Assembly (NCBI GenBank): GCA_048938005.1
Contig: JBHLMQ010000003.1
Coordinates: 64,001 to 128,000, forward strand
DNA length: 64,000 nt
Origin: Promethearchaeota archaeon
GTDB taxonomy: Archaea > Asgardarchaeota > Lokiarchaeia > Sigyniarchaeales > SOKP01
Reading direction: 5' to 3'
The position numbers and the translations under genes are program-made. Position 1 is the first letter of the stretch; every line of letters begins with the position of its first letter. Shown here one piece after another: positions 20,214-30,278 of the stretch. The notes under the pieces are model-generated. The model was not told the origin of the DNA. It searched no databases and saw only the letters and a list, made by a program, of their open reading frames with translations.

Positions 20214-21007
20214 AGTCCTTGTTCCTCTCTAAAAATTTTATCTATATAATCCTCATCAAAACAGGCATGTTCTCCTGTGAATAATTTTCTTTTGCAAAAT
20301 TCTTTTAATCCTGCTTTAGCACAATATTTTAACATAACTTTTGGAAATTCATCTGTCAATATTGCATCACCCCTCCAAATCAGAGTTCCATAATCTGCCA
20401 CCATTCCGATATCTTCTCTATGTGTAATCAATAATATTGTCATATTTAACTCCTTAATTTTCTCGAAAATATTTAAGAAATCTTCAATTACAATGAAGTC
20501 TAAACCAGAATCGGGTTCATCTAACATAACCAATCTAGGTCTCATAGCAATAGTTGCTGCCAATTCTACTCTTTTTCTTTCACCACCACTTAAGGATTCA
20601 TCAATGGTTCTATTCATATATTTTTCAGGCTCTAAGTTTACAATTTTTAAAGCTTCTATAACTATTTCTTTAATCTTTACTTTATCCTTAATACCAAGAG
20701 AAATATACTTAAGAATTGATAAACCATCGATTCTAGCAGGTTCTTGCCATGCTAAAGTTATACCTAGCTTGGCACGTTCAGTTATATTCATATTAGTTAT
20801 ATCAATTCCATTAAAATATACCTTTCCTTCAGAAGGTTTATAATTATTTAACCCCATTATAGTGTATGCTAGTGTAGATTTACCACTTCCATTAGGGCCT
20901 ATAATTGCATGTATAGAGCCCTCCTTTACACCAAATGAGACCTTATTTATTATTACACACTTTTGATCTAATGTTGGAATAGTTAGATCTTTTACCTCCA
21001 AAATCAA
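20210..21007 (-). CDS. sufC: SufC-like ABC ATPase (SmsC type)
   Basis: GPNGSGKST, LSGGERKR, LDEPDSG, C-terminal Cys; 4-bp overlap with sufB. Confidence 0.9.
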   Translation of the reverse strand: MILEVKDLTIPTLDQKCVIINKVSFGVKEGSIHAIIGPNGSGKSTLAYTIMGLNNYKPSEGKVYFNGIDITNMNITERAKLGITLAWQEPARIDGLSILKYISLGIKDKVKIKEIVIEALKIVNLEPEKYMNRTIDESLSGGERKRVELAATIAMRPRLVMLDEPDSGLDFIVIEDFLNIFEKIKELNMTILLITHREDIGMVADYGTLIWRGDAILTDEFPKVMLKYCAKAGLKEFCKRKLFTGEHACFDEDYIDKIFREEQGL

Positions 21008-21258
21008 TTTGAATCACCAAATTTGTTCGACTAGAATTTTTTAAGAAATCTAAACTAAATTATTTAATTCTCTTTCTATTAAAAATTTAAATAATCTCTA
21101 ATTCTTTTTCATCAGGAAATATATAAAATTAAATCTATATATGAATTATATTAGTTAAACTAAAAAAGACCTTTAATATTATAATCATAGGTTTTATTAT
21201 ATATTTTAAAACAAAAAATCAAGAAGATGTGATTGTAAAAAAAAATAATTAAAATTGT

Positions 21259-22089
21259 GTGATTGCAATGGTAAAAAAAGAATATGTTTGCGAAAAATTA
21301 CTTGATCATTTCGATCAGGTATTTCAAGGTAAGAAAAGCAGTATAATTATAGAAGATTTTACTGATTTACGGGAAGGTGCTACATTAATTCTTGGTTTTG
21401 CAGGAATAGGTTTGATAGGACCAATTGTAGCTAATACTCTAATAGAACAATTACCTGATATAAAAGAGATAGGATTTGTAACAAGTGAATACCTCCCTCC
21501 TATAAGTGTTTTTTATGCTGGTGTGTTAAAACATCCTTTTAGAATTCTTTATTCACCCCAACATAACTTAATTATAGGAGTATGTGAAGTTCCTTTTCAA
21601 GTTTCTACAGCATATAATGATCTTGCTAAAACAATATGCAATTGGGCTTTATCTGAAGATATTAAGGCAAAAGAGATAGTAATCTTTCAAGGAATCCCCC
21701 AGAGAGGTATTATTGATGAATACCCTGTGTATTATGCGGCTGAGGAGAATATGATGAAATTTCTCGAGACATTTGAAATTAGTAAAGTTGAGAAAGGGAT
21801 AATAGTCGGTCCGGAAGCAACTGTTTTAAACGAAGCACTAACAAATAAATTAAATGCTTATGCATTATTTACCCCAGTATTAGAAATACCAACTCCTGAG
21901 GGTGCTGCTAGCATCTTAGAAATATTAAATAAAATTTATAAATTAAGTATTGATACAACTGCTCTTATTGAGCAAGGGAAAGAAATTAAAGCTAAAATGC
22001 TAGAGTTAGCTCAGAAAGCTTCGGAATATCAACAAAAACAAATTAGCGGACCTATTCCTGGAAAAGAATACACCGGCTATTTCCAGTAG
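21259..22089 (+). CDS. PAC2-family proteasome assembly chaperone-like protein
   Basis: LGFAGIGLIG..., PP...., PFRI, P.PEGAA, IDTT.L. Confidence 0.85.
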   Translation: MIAMVKKEYVCEKLLDHFDQVFQGKKSSIIIEDFTDLREGATLILGFAGIGLIGPIVANTLIEQLPDIKEIGFVTSEYLPPISVFYAGVLKHPFRILYSPQHNLIIGVCEVPFQVSTAYNDLAKTICNWALSEDIKAKEIVIFQGIPQRGIIDEYPVYYAAEENMMKFLETFEISKVEKGIIVGPEATVLNEALTNKLNAYALFTPVLEIPTPEGAASILEILNKIYKLSIDTTALIEQGKEIKAKMLELAQKASEYQQKQISGPIPGKEYTGYFQ

Positions 22090-22299
22090 TTTTACATTTC
22101 TACTTTTAAATTTTTTAAACAAAAATTTTATTAATTTTTTCTATTTTTAATTAAAATTATTAAAAATGAAGGATATTTGTAAATTTCTATACATTATTAT
22201 TGATAATTTATAAAAACCAATTTTAAAATTTTTCTTCATTTAAACAAATTAAATAAATAGAAGTAAAAATAATAGAATAAATATCTGAGGTAAATTCTT

Positions 22300-22740
22300 A
22301 TTAAAGAAAAATTCATTCCTGTTCAAATTGATCAAGAATTATGCGTAAGATGTGAACGTTGTTTACGAACCTGTAAAGACAAAGCCATTTATTTTGAGCA
22401 CGGAATTAGAAAAGTTGATTATGCTAAATGTAAAGCTTGTTTAAATTGTGTTCAAGTTTGTCCGAGAAATGCTATAGAAGTTACCTCTATAACAACACCA
22501 GAGCAAATTGTTAGTATAAAGATTGATCATGAGAAGTGTAGTTTGTGTGAAAAATGTCTTGATGAAAACGGAAAATTCTGCCCTAAAAATCTTTTTTATA
22601 AAGATATTGTGAAAAAAGTAGGAAGAGAAGAGGAAGGAATTAGATACAAATATAGAGAAATCGCAAAATGTCAGGGATGTTTAAAATGTGAATTATCTTG
22701 CCCAGAACGAGCTATTAAATCTGTGAAATTTGCAGTTTAA
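22300..22740 (+). CDS. Polyferredoxin (4 Cys clusters, about 146 aa); probable ATT start
   Basis: Frame open from 22294: CVRCERCLRTC, CKACLNCVQVCP, CSLCEKC...CP, CQGCLKCELSCP; GAGGT at 22287. Confidence 0.85.
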   Translation: MKEKFIPVQIDQELCVRCERCLRTCKDKAIYFEHGIRKVDYAKCKACLNCVQVCPRNAIEVTSITTPEQIVSIKIDHEKCSLCEKCLDENGKFCPKNLFYKDIVKKVGREEEGIRYKYREIAKCQGCLKCELSCPERAIKSVKFAV

Positions 22741-22757
22741 ATTAATTCTATACATTC

Positions 22758-23309
22758 TTAGCTTTTCTCTTTAATTTTTTGAAGAATAAGAGTCTTAATC
22801 TGAGCAAAATCTGAAATTACAACTATCCCTTCCATTTGGTTTAATTTTTTAATATTTTCAATTTCAATATCTCTTATCTTTAGAACTAAGGGAGAACCAT
22901 CAGGTCGAGAAGTTACAATAGGTTTAGTATCTTGATCTGATGGAAAAATATAGACTATTTGTCCACCTTTAATAGCTTGGGCAACACAATTAGTTATTAG
23001 TGTATCCGCTATTCCTTGAACAATTTTGGCAACTGAATTAGCTGAAACTGGACAAACTAAAAAAAAATCGAATTTTCCTAATTGCAATGGTCCAGCATAA
23101 AAAGGAATATTAGGTGTTTTTTCTACTTTGACTTTTTCAACAGCTTCCGTAAGAGCTAGCCACTTTTTATACCATTTTACAACAGCAGCACCTTCCTTTG
23201 AAAGAATTACAGTTAAATCAATATTATATTTTTTCTGCAATTCTTTCATTAAATCAATTGATTCTTGAAGGACATAACCAGTTCCTGTTATACCCCAAAC
23301 AAGCTTCAT
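22758..23309 (-). CDS. Archaeal flavoprotein (AfpA/HFCD family)
   Basis: WGITGTG, P.SANSVAKI..GIADTL.TN. Confidence 0.85.
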   Translation of the reverse strand: MKLVWGITGTGYVLQESIDLMKELQKKYNIDLTVILSKEGAAVVKWYKKWLALTEAVEKVKVEKTPNIPFYAGPLQLGKFDFFLVCPVSANSVAKIVQGIADTLITNCVAQAIKGGQIVYIFPSDQDTKPIVTSRPDGSPLVLKIRDIEIENIKKLNQMEGIVVISDFAQIKTLILQKIKEKS

Positions 23310-23319
23310 ATCCTTCTAA

Positions 23320-23832
23320 TCACCGTTCTTCTTCGTATAATCTTGGCAAAAATTCAGTAAAATGTCCTATTTCTTCGACATTATGCTTTCTCAAATGTTC
23401 AATGAATGAATTTGGGACTTGAGCACTTAAACGAAATGTTGATCGTAAGTGAGTTCCATTAGGAATTGAGCGATATTCATGTAATACCCAACTAATAGGC
23501 TTATCCTTATTATTTAAAACACTTGCTGCATTTTTATGGCTAAACTCCGCCTTTATAGGTATTGAGTCAGGATTTTCCCATCGAATTCTTAATGTTGTTG
23601 GTCTTCCTTCGATTGTTTCAACAATTCGATGTATTGCTCCTACATGACCCTTCACATTTGCAGGAGAGATTTCCCATTCAAATGATTTATGGTCTTTAGG
23701 ATGCCATAATCTATAGCGTTCTGAATTATCAATATGATCCCACCACCAATCAATCATTTCAGGAGAAACTCCAAATAATTCATGTTCCACGATTAGATCA
23801 ATCGCTTCATTATTTGATTTTTTGTTATTCAT
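23320..23832 (-). CDS. PhlG/DAPG-hydrolase-like (Bet v1-fold) protein
   Basis: EMIDWWW.H, RYRLWHPKDH, H.VE, LRS.F, H..EE..H..EFLP.LY. Confidence 0.7.
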   Translation of the reverse strand: MNNKKSNNEAIDLIVEHELFGVSPEMIDWWWDHIDNSERYRLWHPKDHKSFEWEISPANVKGHVGAIHRIVETIEGRPTTLRIRWENPDSIPIKAEFSHKNAASVLNNKDKPISWVLHEYRSIPNGTHLRSTFRLSAQVPNSFIEHLRKHNVEEIGHFTEFLPRLYEEER

Positions 23833-23984
23833 TTTTATATTTCAATTAGCGATTTTAGAAGTTTAAGTAGTTCTTAATTTATGAAAAATTAGCTTCATTT
23901 ATAAAATCTAATGAAAAGAATTAATAATTTAAGTATGATAAATATTTAATTAGGAAAATCTAAAATTCTTCATAATGATGAATT

Positions 23985-25217
23985 ATGAATGATTCAAAGT
24001 ATGTGTATCTAGATAATGCTGCTACAACTCCTATGGATCCTCGTGTAATCGAGGAAATTAACAAACATTTTAAAGAAAACTATGGAAATTCTATGAGTTT
24101 ACATTCTATTGGACAAAAGGCAGCTCAAGTATTAATGAAATCACGTGAAATGATAGCATCGTTAATCAATGCTGAAAGAGACGAAATTTTCTTTACTTCT
24201 TCTGGAACTGAGGCAGATAATATTGCTATACTTGGTGTTACTGCTAAAAATAAAAATCGTGGTAATCATATTATAACTTCTTCTATTGAACATCATGCTA
24301 TAGGTCATCCAAGTGAACAATTGGAAAAAAGAGGTTTTGAAGTTTCAGTTTTACCTGTTAATAAAGACGGATTAATTAATCTTGATGAGTTAGAAGAATC
24401 AATAACAAAGAAAACAATTCTCATTAGCATCATGTTTGCTAATAATGAAATTGGGACAATCCAACCTATCAAAGAAATCGGAGAAATCGCAAAAAAACAT
24501 GATATTATATTTCATACAGATGCAGTACAAGCTTTTGGTAAAATTCCAATAGATGTAAAAGAAATGAATATTGATCTTTTATCTGCATCAGCACACAAAT
24601 TATATGGACCTAAAGGAGTAGGCATGTTATATATAAGGAATAAAGGCGTAAGAGAAGGGTGGGGCAGATTTATTGAACCAATAATGTATGGTGGAGGTCA
24701 CGAAAGAGATATGAGACCTAGTACTGTGAATGTTCCTGGCATTGCTGGATTTGCTAAAGCTGTTGAGATAGCAAAAGAAGAAATGCAAAACGAGATGGAA
24801 AGGCATACTGAATTACGTGATAAAATTATAAAATGGGTAACAGAAAATATTGAGGACTCCTATCTTAATGGCCACCCAACCCAAAGGCTCCCTAATAATG
24901 TAAATTTAGGATTTAGATATATAGAAGGAGAATCTATTGTACTTGATTTGGATATGGAACGAATAGCAACTTCAACTGGATCTGCATGTTCATCAAAATC
25001 CCTGGATCCATCTCATGTGCTTTTAGCAATCGGACTAAAACCAGAAGAAGCACACGGGTCGCTGCGGGTTTCCTTAGGGCGATTTACCACAGAAGAAGAT
25101 GTAGATTATTTCTTACAGAAATTACCAGGTGTAATTGAGAGATTGAGAAAAATGTCCCCACTGAGCAAGGGAGTGAAATATATGTTTGATGAGAGTGCTA
25201 CAAATCATTATCATTAA
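23985..25217 (+). CDS. iscS: Cysteine desulfurase (IscS/NifS type)
   Basis: YLDNAATT, IEH, HTDAVQ, SAHKLYGPKG, STGSACSS. Confidence 0.95.
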   Translation: MNDSKYVYLDNAATTPMDPRVIEEINKHFKENYGNSMSLHSIGQKAAQVLMKSREMIASLINAERDEIFFTSSGTEADNIAILGVTAKNKNRGNHIITSSIEHHAIGHPSEQLEKRGFEVSVLPVNKDGLINLDELEESITKKTILISIMFANNEIGTIQPIKEIGEIAKKHDIIFHTDAVQAFGKIPIDVKEMNIDLLSASAHKLYGPKGVGMLYIRNKGVREGWGRFIEPIMYGGGHERDMRPSTVNVPGIAGFAKAVEIAKEEMQNEMERHTELRDKIIKWVTENIEDSYLNGHPTQRLPNNVNLGFRYIEGESIVLDLDMERIATSTGSACSSKSLDPSHVLLAIGLKPEEAHGSLRVSLGRFTTEEDVDYFLQKLPGVIERLRKMSPLSKGVKYMFDESATNHYH

Positions 25218-25751
25218 TATCTTTTGAAAAAAAATATTTTAAATAGAGATTTAATAATTATTACATCTGGGGGGTTCCATTTCTATTAAAGTATGAATAA
25301 AATTGAGATTAGTTTAACATTACTTCTTTTTTTATGATATATTTTTACAAACAAAACAATTTTCTGATAAAATTTTATCTTTTTTTTTAAATTAAAATGA
25401 AATGGATCCGTTAAACTAATAAAATTTATCTTAAAAAGAGAAATTTAAAATATACTCAAACTTATTAGAGATTCTTAAAAAATGTAGGATTTATATATTT
25501 AATAATTAATTTAACTCAGTTTTTTATTAAAATAAGTAACATCATTTTATATTTGGTTAAAAGCAAAAGGGATAAAGCTGTAAAAGTATTAATCATTGCT
25601 TTTAAATTTACTATAATACCAATTAACATTTTTTATTTTAATTATTGTTATTAAAATTAGAAATATTTAAATATTTGATAAGTTTTTTATCGTAATTGAA
25701 AATATATTATAATTTTAATCTAGTATAAATAAAAACAAATGGAGATACAAA

Positions 25752-25877
25752 ATGAAAGGTAAAAAGAAAGATGAAGAAGAAGATTGGGATGAAGATGAAG
25801 ATAGGGATGAAGATGAAGAGGAAGATTGGGATGAAGATGAAGAGGAAGATTGGGAAGATTATGATGAGAATTATTGA
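25752..25877 (+). CDS. 41-aa hyperacidic Trp-repeat microprotein (not in ORF track)
   Basis: GGAGA-6nt-ATG; MKGKKKDEEEDWDEDEDRDEDEEEDWDEDEEEDWEDYDENY*; purine-rich island in AT-rich spacer. Confidence 0.75.
   Translation: MKGKKKDEEEDWDEDEDRDEDEEEDWDEDEEEDWEDYDENY
25782..25859 (+). repeat. In-frame 18-24 bp tandem repeat GAT(T/A)GGGATGAAGATGAAGAGGAA
   Basis: Units 25800-25823 and 25824-25847 differ by 1 nt; partial flanking copies. Confidence 0.85.
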
Positions 25878-26038
25878 ACCCGAATAAAAATATTGAGATT
25901 TTATACCTAATTTAGAAAATCTTTTTATTTTTTTATTAATCACTTCAAACCATAGAAAATTAAAAATAAATATTCAGACTTAATCATAGTAAAAAATCTT
26001 AAATAAACAAAAATAAACGAGAATTTTTAAACAAAAGA

Positions 26039-26698
26039 ATGAATGATCAAAAATATTTAGCGATTCTTATTTTAATCGGTGGAAAAAGTACTCGCTTTGG
26101 TATCGAGAAACCTATAATAGATTTTTATGGAAAACCGTTAATTTTACATCAATTAGATATCTTATCAAAAATTGATCATGACATCTATTTAGTTGCTCAT
26201 TCTGAAGAACAAATATTTGATTATCGAAAGCAGATAAACTTTCCAAAAGATATTAATTTTATTGTAGATGATAGAGATATTTTTGAACATCCCAAAATTC
26301 ATAAACCAATTTTAGGAATCTATTCTGGTTTTAAAGAACTGAATAAATTAGGTTTTGAAAAAGCATTTCTCTTATCCTGTGATATGCCACTTATTAATCC
26401 GGAAGTAATTAACTTAATGATCAATGAATCTCAAGGATTTGATTGCTGTATTCCAAGATGGAAGAATGATTTTTTAGAACTCTTTTTTGCAATTTATCCA
26501 GTTAAAAAAGGATTTCAAAAAGCTAAAGAGATATTAATTACTGAGAATTATGGATTAATTAATTTTATTGATAAGAATTGGAAAATAAATTATATCTCTG
26601 TAGAAAATTCTATTCAAAAATTAGATAAAAATTTAATAAGTTTAACTAATATTAATGGCCCAATAGACATTGCAAAATTATTAAAATTAAATCGTTAA
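26039..26698 (+). CDS. mobA: Molybdenum cofactor guanylyltransferase-like
   Basis: LIGGKSTRFG.EK, P.LGIYSG, SCDMP, NIN.P.D. Confidence 0.85.
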   Translation: MNDQKYLAILILIGGKSTRFGIEKPIIDFYGKPLILHQLDILSKIDHDIYLVAHSEEQIFDYRKQINFPKDINFIVDDRDIFEHPKIHKPILGIYSGFKELNKLGFEKAFLLSCDMPLINPEVINLMINESQGFDCCIPRWKNDFLELFFAIYPVKKGFQKAKEILITENYGLINFIDKNWKINYISVENSIQKLDKNLISLTNINGPIDIAKLLKLNR

Positions 26699-26740
26699 AA
26701 ATTGAATTAGACACTCAAAAATCTTAACAATGGTAATAAA

Positions 26741-27151
26741 ATGAATTGGAATGAATTTAAATATTGTTTTTTAGAAAATAATATCTTTTATATAAAAAAC
26801 AATTTTAAAAAAAAGGGGAAAGAATATGGAATTGTAAAACTAAATGTAAAAAATATTAATGCCTTCGCAGAAAGTATAGATTTACAATCAGTAGCACCAT
26901 TAGTATCTCCAAAATTTAGTCAGAGAATAGAAACATTCTTATTACCTAGATTTGACGAAATAACTAGAATAATTTACGCAATAAAACCTCCTCCTGACGA
27001 ATTGGGAATTGAACTTTCAAAAGAAAACTTAAATGATATTCTTAAAGGTCTCACATTTCCTAGTGTTATTACTGGATTAAAAGAAAGAGGTTATTCTGTT
27101 GAAGAATTAAATACATCACTAAAAAAAGTCAAATTTCAAAAATTAAAATAA
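26741..27151 (+). CDS. Hypothetical protein
   Basis: 136-aa ORF with ATG start. Confidence 0.65.
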   Translation: MNWNEFKYCFLENNIFYIKNNFKKKGKEYGIVKLNVKNINAFAESIDLQSVAPLVSPKFSQRIETFLLPRFDEITRIIYAIKPPPDELGIELSKENLNDILKGLTFPSVITGLKERGYSVEELNTSLKKVKFQKLK

Positions 27152-27240
27152 ATATTTTTTTTCAAAATACATTTTATTTTAAAATTTATAATCTTAGTTT
27201 AAAATTATTATAAAAAAATATCATATTCTTATTTTTTAAA

Positions 27241-27804
27241 GAAAATCCATTTTTCTCTTTAATCATAAGCCCTTCATTAATCTTTTTAGCACGCATTGCA
27301 GATGTAACATTAGCGACTTTAAGAATAGTATTCATTTCGCAGGGGAGACGTAGTTTAGTTCCTATAATAAGGTTTCTTGAAATCTTTATTTGGCTACTTG
27401 CAGTTGGACAAATTTTCAGAAATTAAACCAGTTTTCTATATTACGTCGCTTACGCAGGACGATTTGCTATGGGTACTTACATTGGATTAATAATTGAAAA
27501 TAAAATATCTTTAGGATTACTTAGTATTCATTTAATAATAAGAGATGACCTGGAAAAATTAATAAGAACATTAAAAGAAAATGGATATGGTCAAACTATA
27601 TTAACAGTAAAAGGAACAAAAGGCGATGTTAAATTAGTGGTTATGATTGTTAAACTAAATAATCAATTTAAAATACTTGAAATTATTAGAAAGATTAATC
27701 CTAATGCATTTATCTCAATTAAAAACGTTCAATCTGTAAAAAATGGTAATTTTTCTTTACCTCAAAAGACTCGATGGCATCTTTTAAGAAGAAGAAAGTC
27801 CTAG
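27241..27804 (+). pseudogene. DUF2179/UPF0316 membrane protein pseudogene
   Basis: LIFLARIADVTLATLRIVF...EIFIWLLAVGQIFRN*...AYAGRFAMGTYIG; in-frame TAA at 27424, no upstream start. Confidence 0.75.
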
Positions 27805-27893
27805 AATTAAAACTACGATATTTTAGAAATTATCTTCCGGACAAAATAAAAAAATCATAATTGTTATTTTACGTGACATATATCACAAATTAA

Positions 27894-30197
27894 ATGAATA
27901 TTGAGGAATTTAAATTTTTAGATAAGACAATCCTGATTGAAAACAAAGAGAAATTAAAATCTTCATTTAAGATTAAGTCTTATAAAATTAAACTGAAATT
28001 TATGGAAGATAACAAAATTCCTCGAAAAAGTATTAAAGAAGTTCTTAATCATCTATTTTTTAAGGATAAATTTATCTCTATTAAAACTAAAACCTCAATT
28101 TCGAAAATAATCTACTCTGAAATTGATAGGATTATCATTATAATCACACCAAGTGGAAAAGATATAATTCGAAATCGCGATAAATTAGTTAGAAATTATG
28201 GTTGGTTCTTCTTTATATCTGAGAGTGATACAACTCAAGAAATAGCTAAAAAGGATAAGATTAAAAAGAAAGAAAATAAAAAACAAGAAATAACACTTTC
28301 TAAAGAAGAATTCCAATATGAAGATTTGAGAATTATTTTAAAACAAAAAAAAAATATGCGTCCACTTTATCACACAAAAGAATATAGACATTATTTAAAA
28401 TTAATCAAATCAGAAAATATTCCGCATCTTCCTTTAAAAGATGTTCTTAATGATTTATTTTTTAGTGTTGAATCAATTCCAATAGAAGAGAAGAAAGCCA
28501 TTAGAAAAATCATTTATTACCAAGAAGAAAAAGTTATTGTCATTAAATCTCTTATTGGAGATGAAATGTATGAAAACTTAGAGAATCTCGTTAAGAAATA
28601 TGGGTGGTATCTCTATATTACAGGTGTGCCTGTAGGAAAAAGTGATATCTCAATTGCTATAGATAAAATTGAAAAAAAATTTAATTCGGATTCTTTTACC
28701 AATATTTCCTTAATCGATGAAGAGAGTAATTCAAGTAACATTCGGGTAACGATTTATCCTATAGTTTTAAAACCAAATCATAATGCACATATTCTCGGAT
28801 TAGGTAACTTTAATATATTACTCGATTGCGGACTTTCTGAAAAAGATGAAGAAAAAGAAATGGAAGGAGATTTCCAATATATTGAAGAATATCTTCAGAA
28901 TTTACCACAGTATATTATGGAAGAAGAGAAAAAGAAAAAAGGAAATACAGAAGATGAATCAAATGATATTAGCTTAGATGATTTACCAAGGAATCCTAAA
29001 ATTAATGCTATATTTATATCTCATAGCCATTATGATCATGTTTCTGGGCTTAAGGAATTAATAAGATTGCATCCTGATATTCCTATTTTATGTTCTCGAA
29101 TAACTCTTGATTTATACTTATTGAGAGATTCTAACTTCTTAAAACAAGAAAATCATAATGAAATTGAAGAAGAAGAGTACCTAAAAATAGTAAAAAATAT
29201 AATATATGTTGAAAACGGCACCAAAATCGAGTTTAAAGAAAAAGATTGTTTTATCTCATTTTTCCATGCAGGTCATATGCCAGGAGCATTGATGATCCTA
29301 GTAAAAGTTAATAATTTTAAATTTCTCTATACAGGAGACTATACTTATTATGATATAACACCATTTGCTGGTACTAGACGATTTCTAGAACAAATTTCTC
29401 ATCCTATTGATTATCTCTTAATTGATGGTACTAGTGCACAAGAAGATTTTGGAAATATCTCTGATCAATTTCATAGTTTAATCTTATTTTTAGAACAAAA
29501 AGCAGAATATGGAGACAACTCATTAATAGGTGCGGATCCTTCAAGTTTAGCTATTAGTTTCATGTTAATATTTTGGAGATATTTTAGGAAACTTCAATTA
29601 CGGCGTGGTTTCAAAAAGCGTCCAAATATTTATGTAGACATGATGGTGAGAAAAAATATTCAAGTAATAAATCACCGTTATGAATATATCTATGGCCCAA
29701 TTTCAAGATTAATTAGAGATAAAGCAAATCCATTCAATAGCATAAAATTTAGATGGTTCGATCAATCCAATTTAGATTTCTTACGTAAAAGAAATAATAT
29801 AATTATTTCACATCCACCAGACCTTTCTTATGGATTAATAAGAAATATTATTAATGTTGTAGGACGAAGTCCACACACCTTTGTTTTTCTTGCTGGTTCT
29901 ATTCATGAACAGCCTGGATTAGATCTAATAGAAGGTGCTGAAGAAATTGTTTTATCTGAAACGTGGAAGGTGCCATTTAGAGCTTTTCTGCTTAATAACT
30001 TTGCACCTCATATTAAAATTAAACTACATGCCGACAAAAATCAACTGAGAGAAATGATAAAAATTTTGGAACCAAAAGAAGTATGTTTTTTTCATCAATC
30101 CGCTAAAAAATTGACTAATGTAGTAGAATACGTAAAACAATTAGGGGTCGAAAAAGTCTCATTGCCTAAAAAAAGGAAACTCTTGATATTAAATTAA
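27894..30197 (+). CDS. Beta-CASP metallo-beta-lactamase nuclease (aCPSF-like) with duplicated N-terminal domain
   Basis: LLDCG, SHSHYDH, AGHMPGA, YTGD, LHAD, FFH. Confidence 0.85.
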   Translation: MNIEEFKFLDKTILIENKEKLKSSFKIKSYKIKLKFMEDNKIPRKSIKEVLNHLFFKDKFISIKTKTSISKIIYSEIDRIIIIITPSGKDIIRNRDKLVRNYGWFFFISESDTTQEIAKKDKIKKKENKKQEITLSKEEFQYEDLRIILKQKKNMRPLYHTKEYRHYLKLIKSENIPHLPLKDVLNDLFFSVESIPIEEKKAIRKIIYYQEEKVIVIKSLIGDEMYENLENLVKKYGWYLYITGVPVGKSDISIAIDKIEKKFNSDSFTNISLIDEESNSSNIRVTIYPIVLKPNHNAHILGLGNFNILLDCGLSEKDEEKEMEGDFQYIEEYLQNLPQYIMEEEKKKKGNTEDESNDISLDDLPRNPKINAIFISHSHYDHVSGLKELIRLHPDIPILCSRITLDLYLLRDSNFLKQENHNEIEEEEYLKIVKNIIYVENGTKIEFKEKDCFISFFHAGHMPGALMILVKVNNFKFLYTGDYTYYDITPFAGTRRFLEQISHPIDYLLIDGTSAQEDFGNISDQFHSLILFLEQKAEYGDNSLIGADPSSLAISFMLIFWRYFRKLQLRRGFKKRPNIYVDMMVRKNIQVINHRYEYIYGPISRLIRDKANPFNSIKFRWFDQSNLDFLRKRNNIIISHPPDLSYGLIRNIINVVGRSPHTFVFLAGSIHEQPGLDLIEGAEEIVLSETWKVPFRAFLLNNFAPHIKIKLHADKNQLREMIKILEPKEVCFFHQSAKKLTNVVEYVKQLGVEKVSLPKKRKLLILN

Positions 30198-30278
30198 TAA
30201 ACATTATTTATAAGAAATAAACAATAAAGCTTTAAGTTAACATTTTATTATTTTACTTAGTAGTACATTATCGATGGG

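Noticed and set aside
25516-25629. 37-codon hydrophobic minus-strand ORF
   Set aside because: Composition expected from AT-rich intergenic DNA; no SD
25782-25859. Tandem repeats as possible CRISPR array
   Set aside because: No unique spacers, units in multiples of 3, no cas genes
25707-25943. 78-aa Ile/Phe-rich minus-strand ORF resembling a membrane protein
   Set aside because: Antisense shadow of the acidic GAT/GAA repeat; the plus-strand ORF has the SD and ATG
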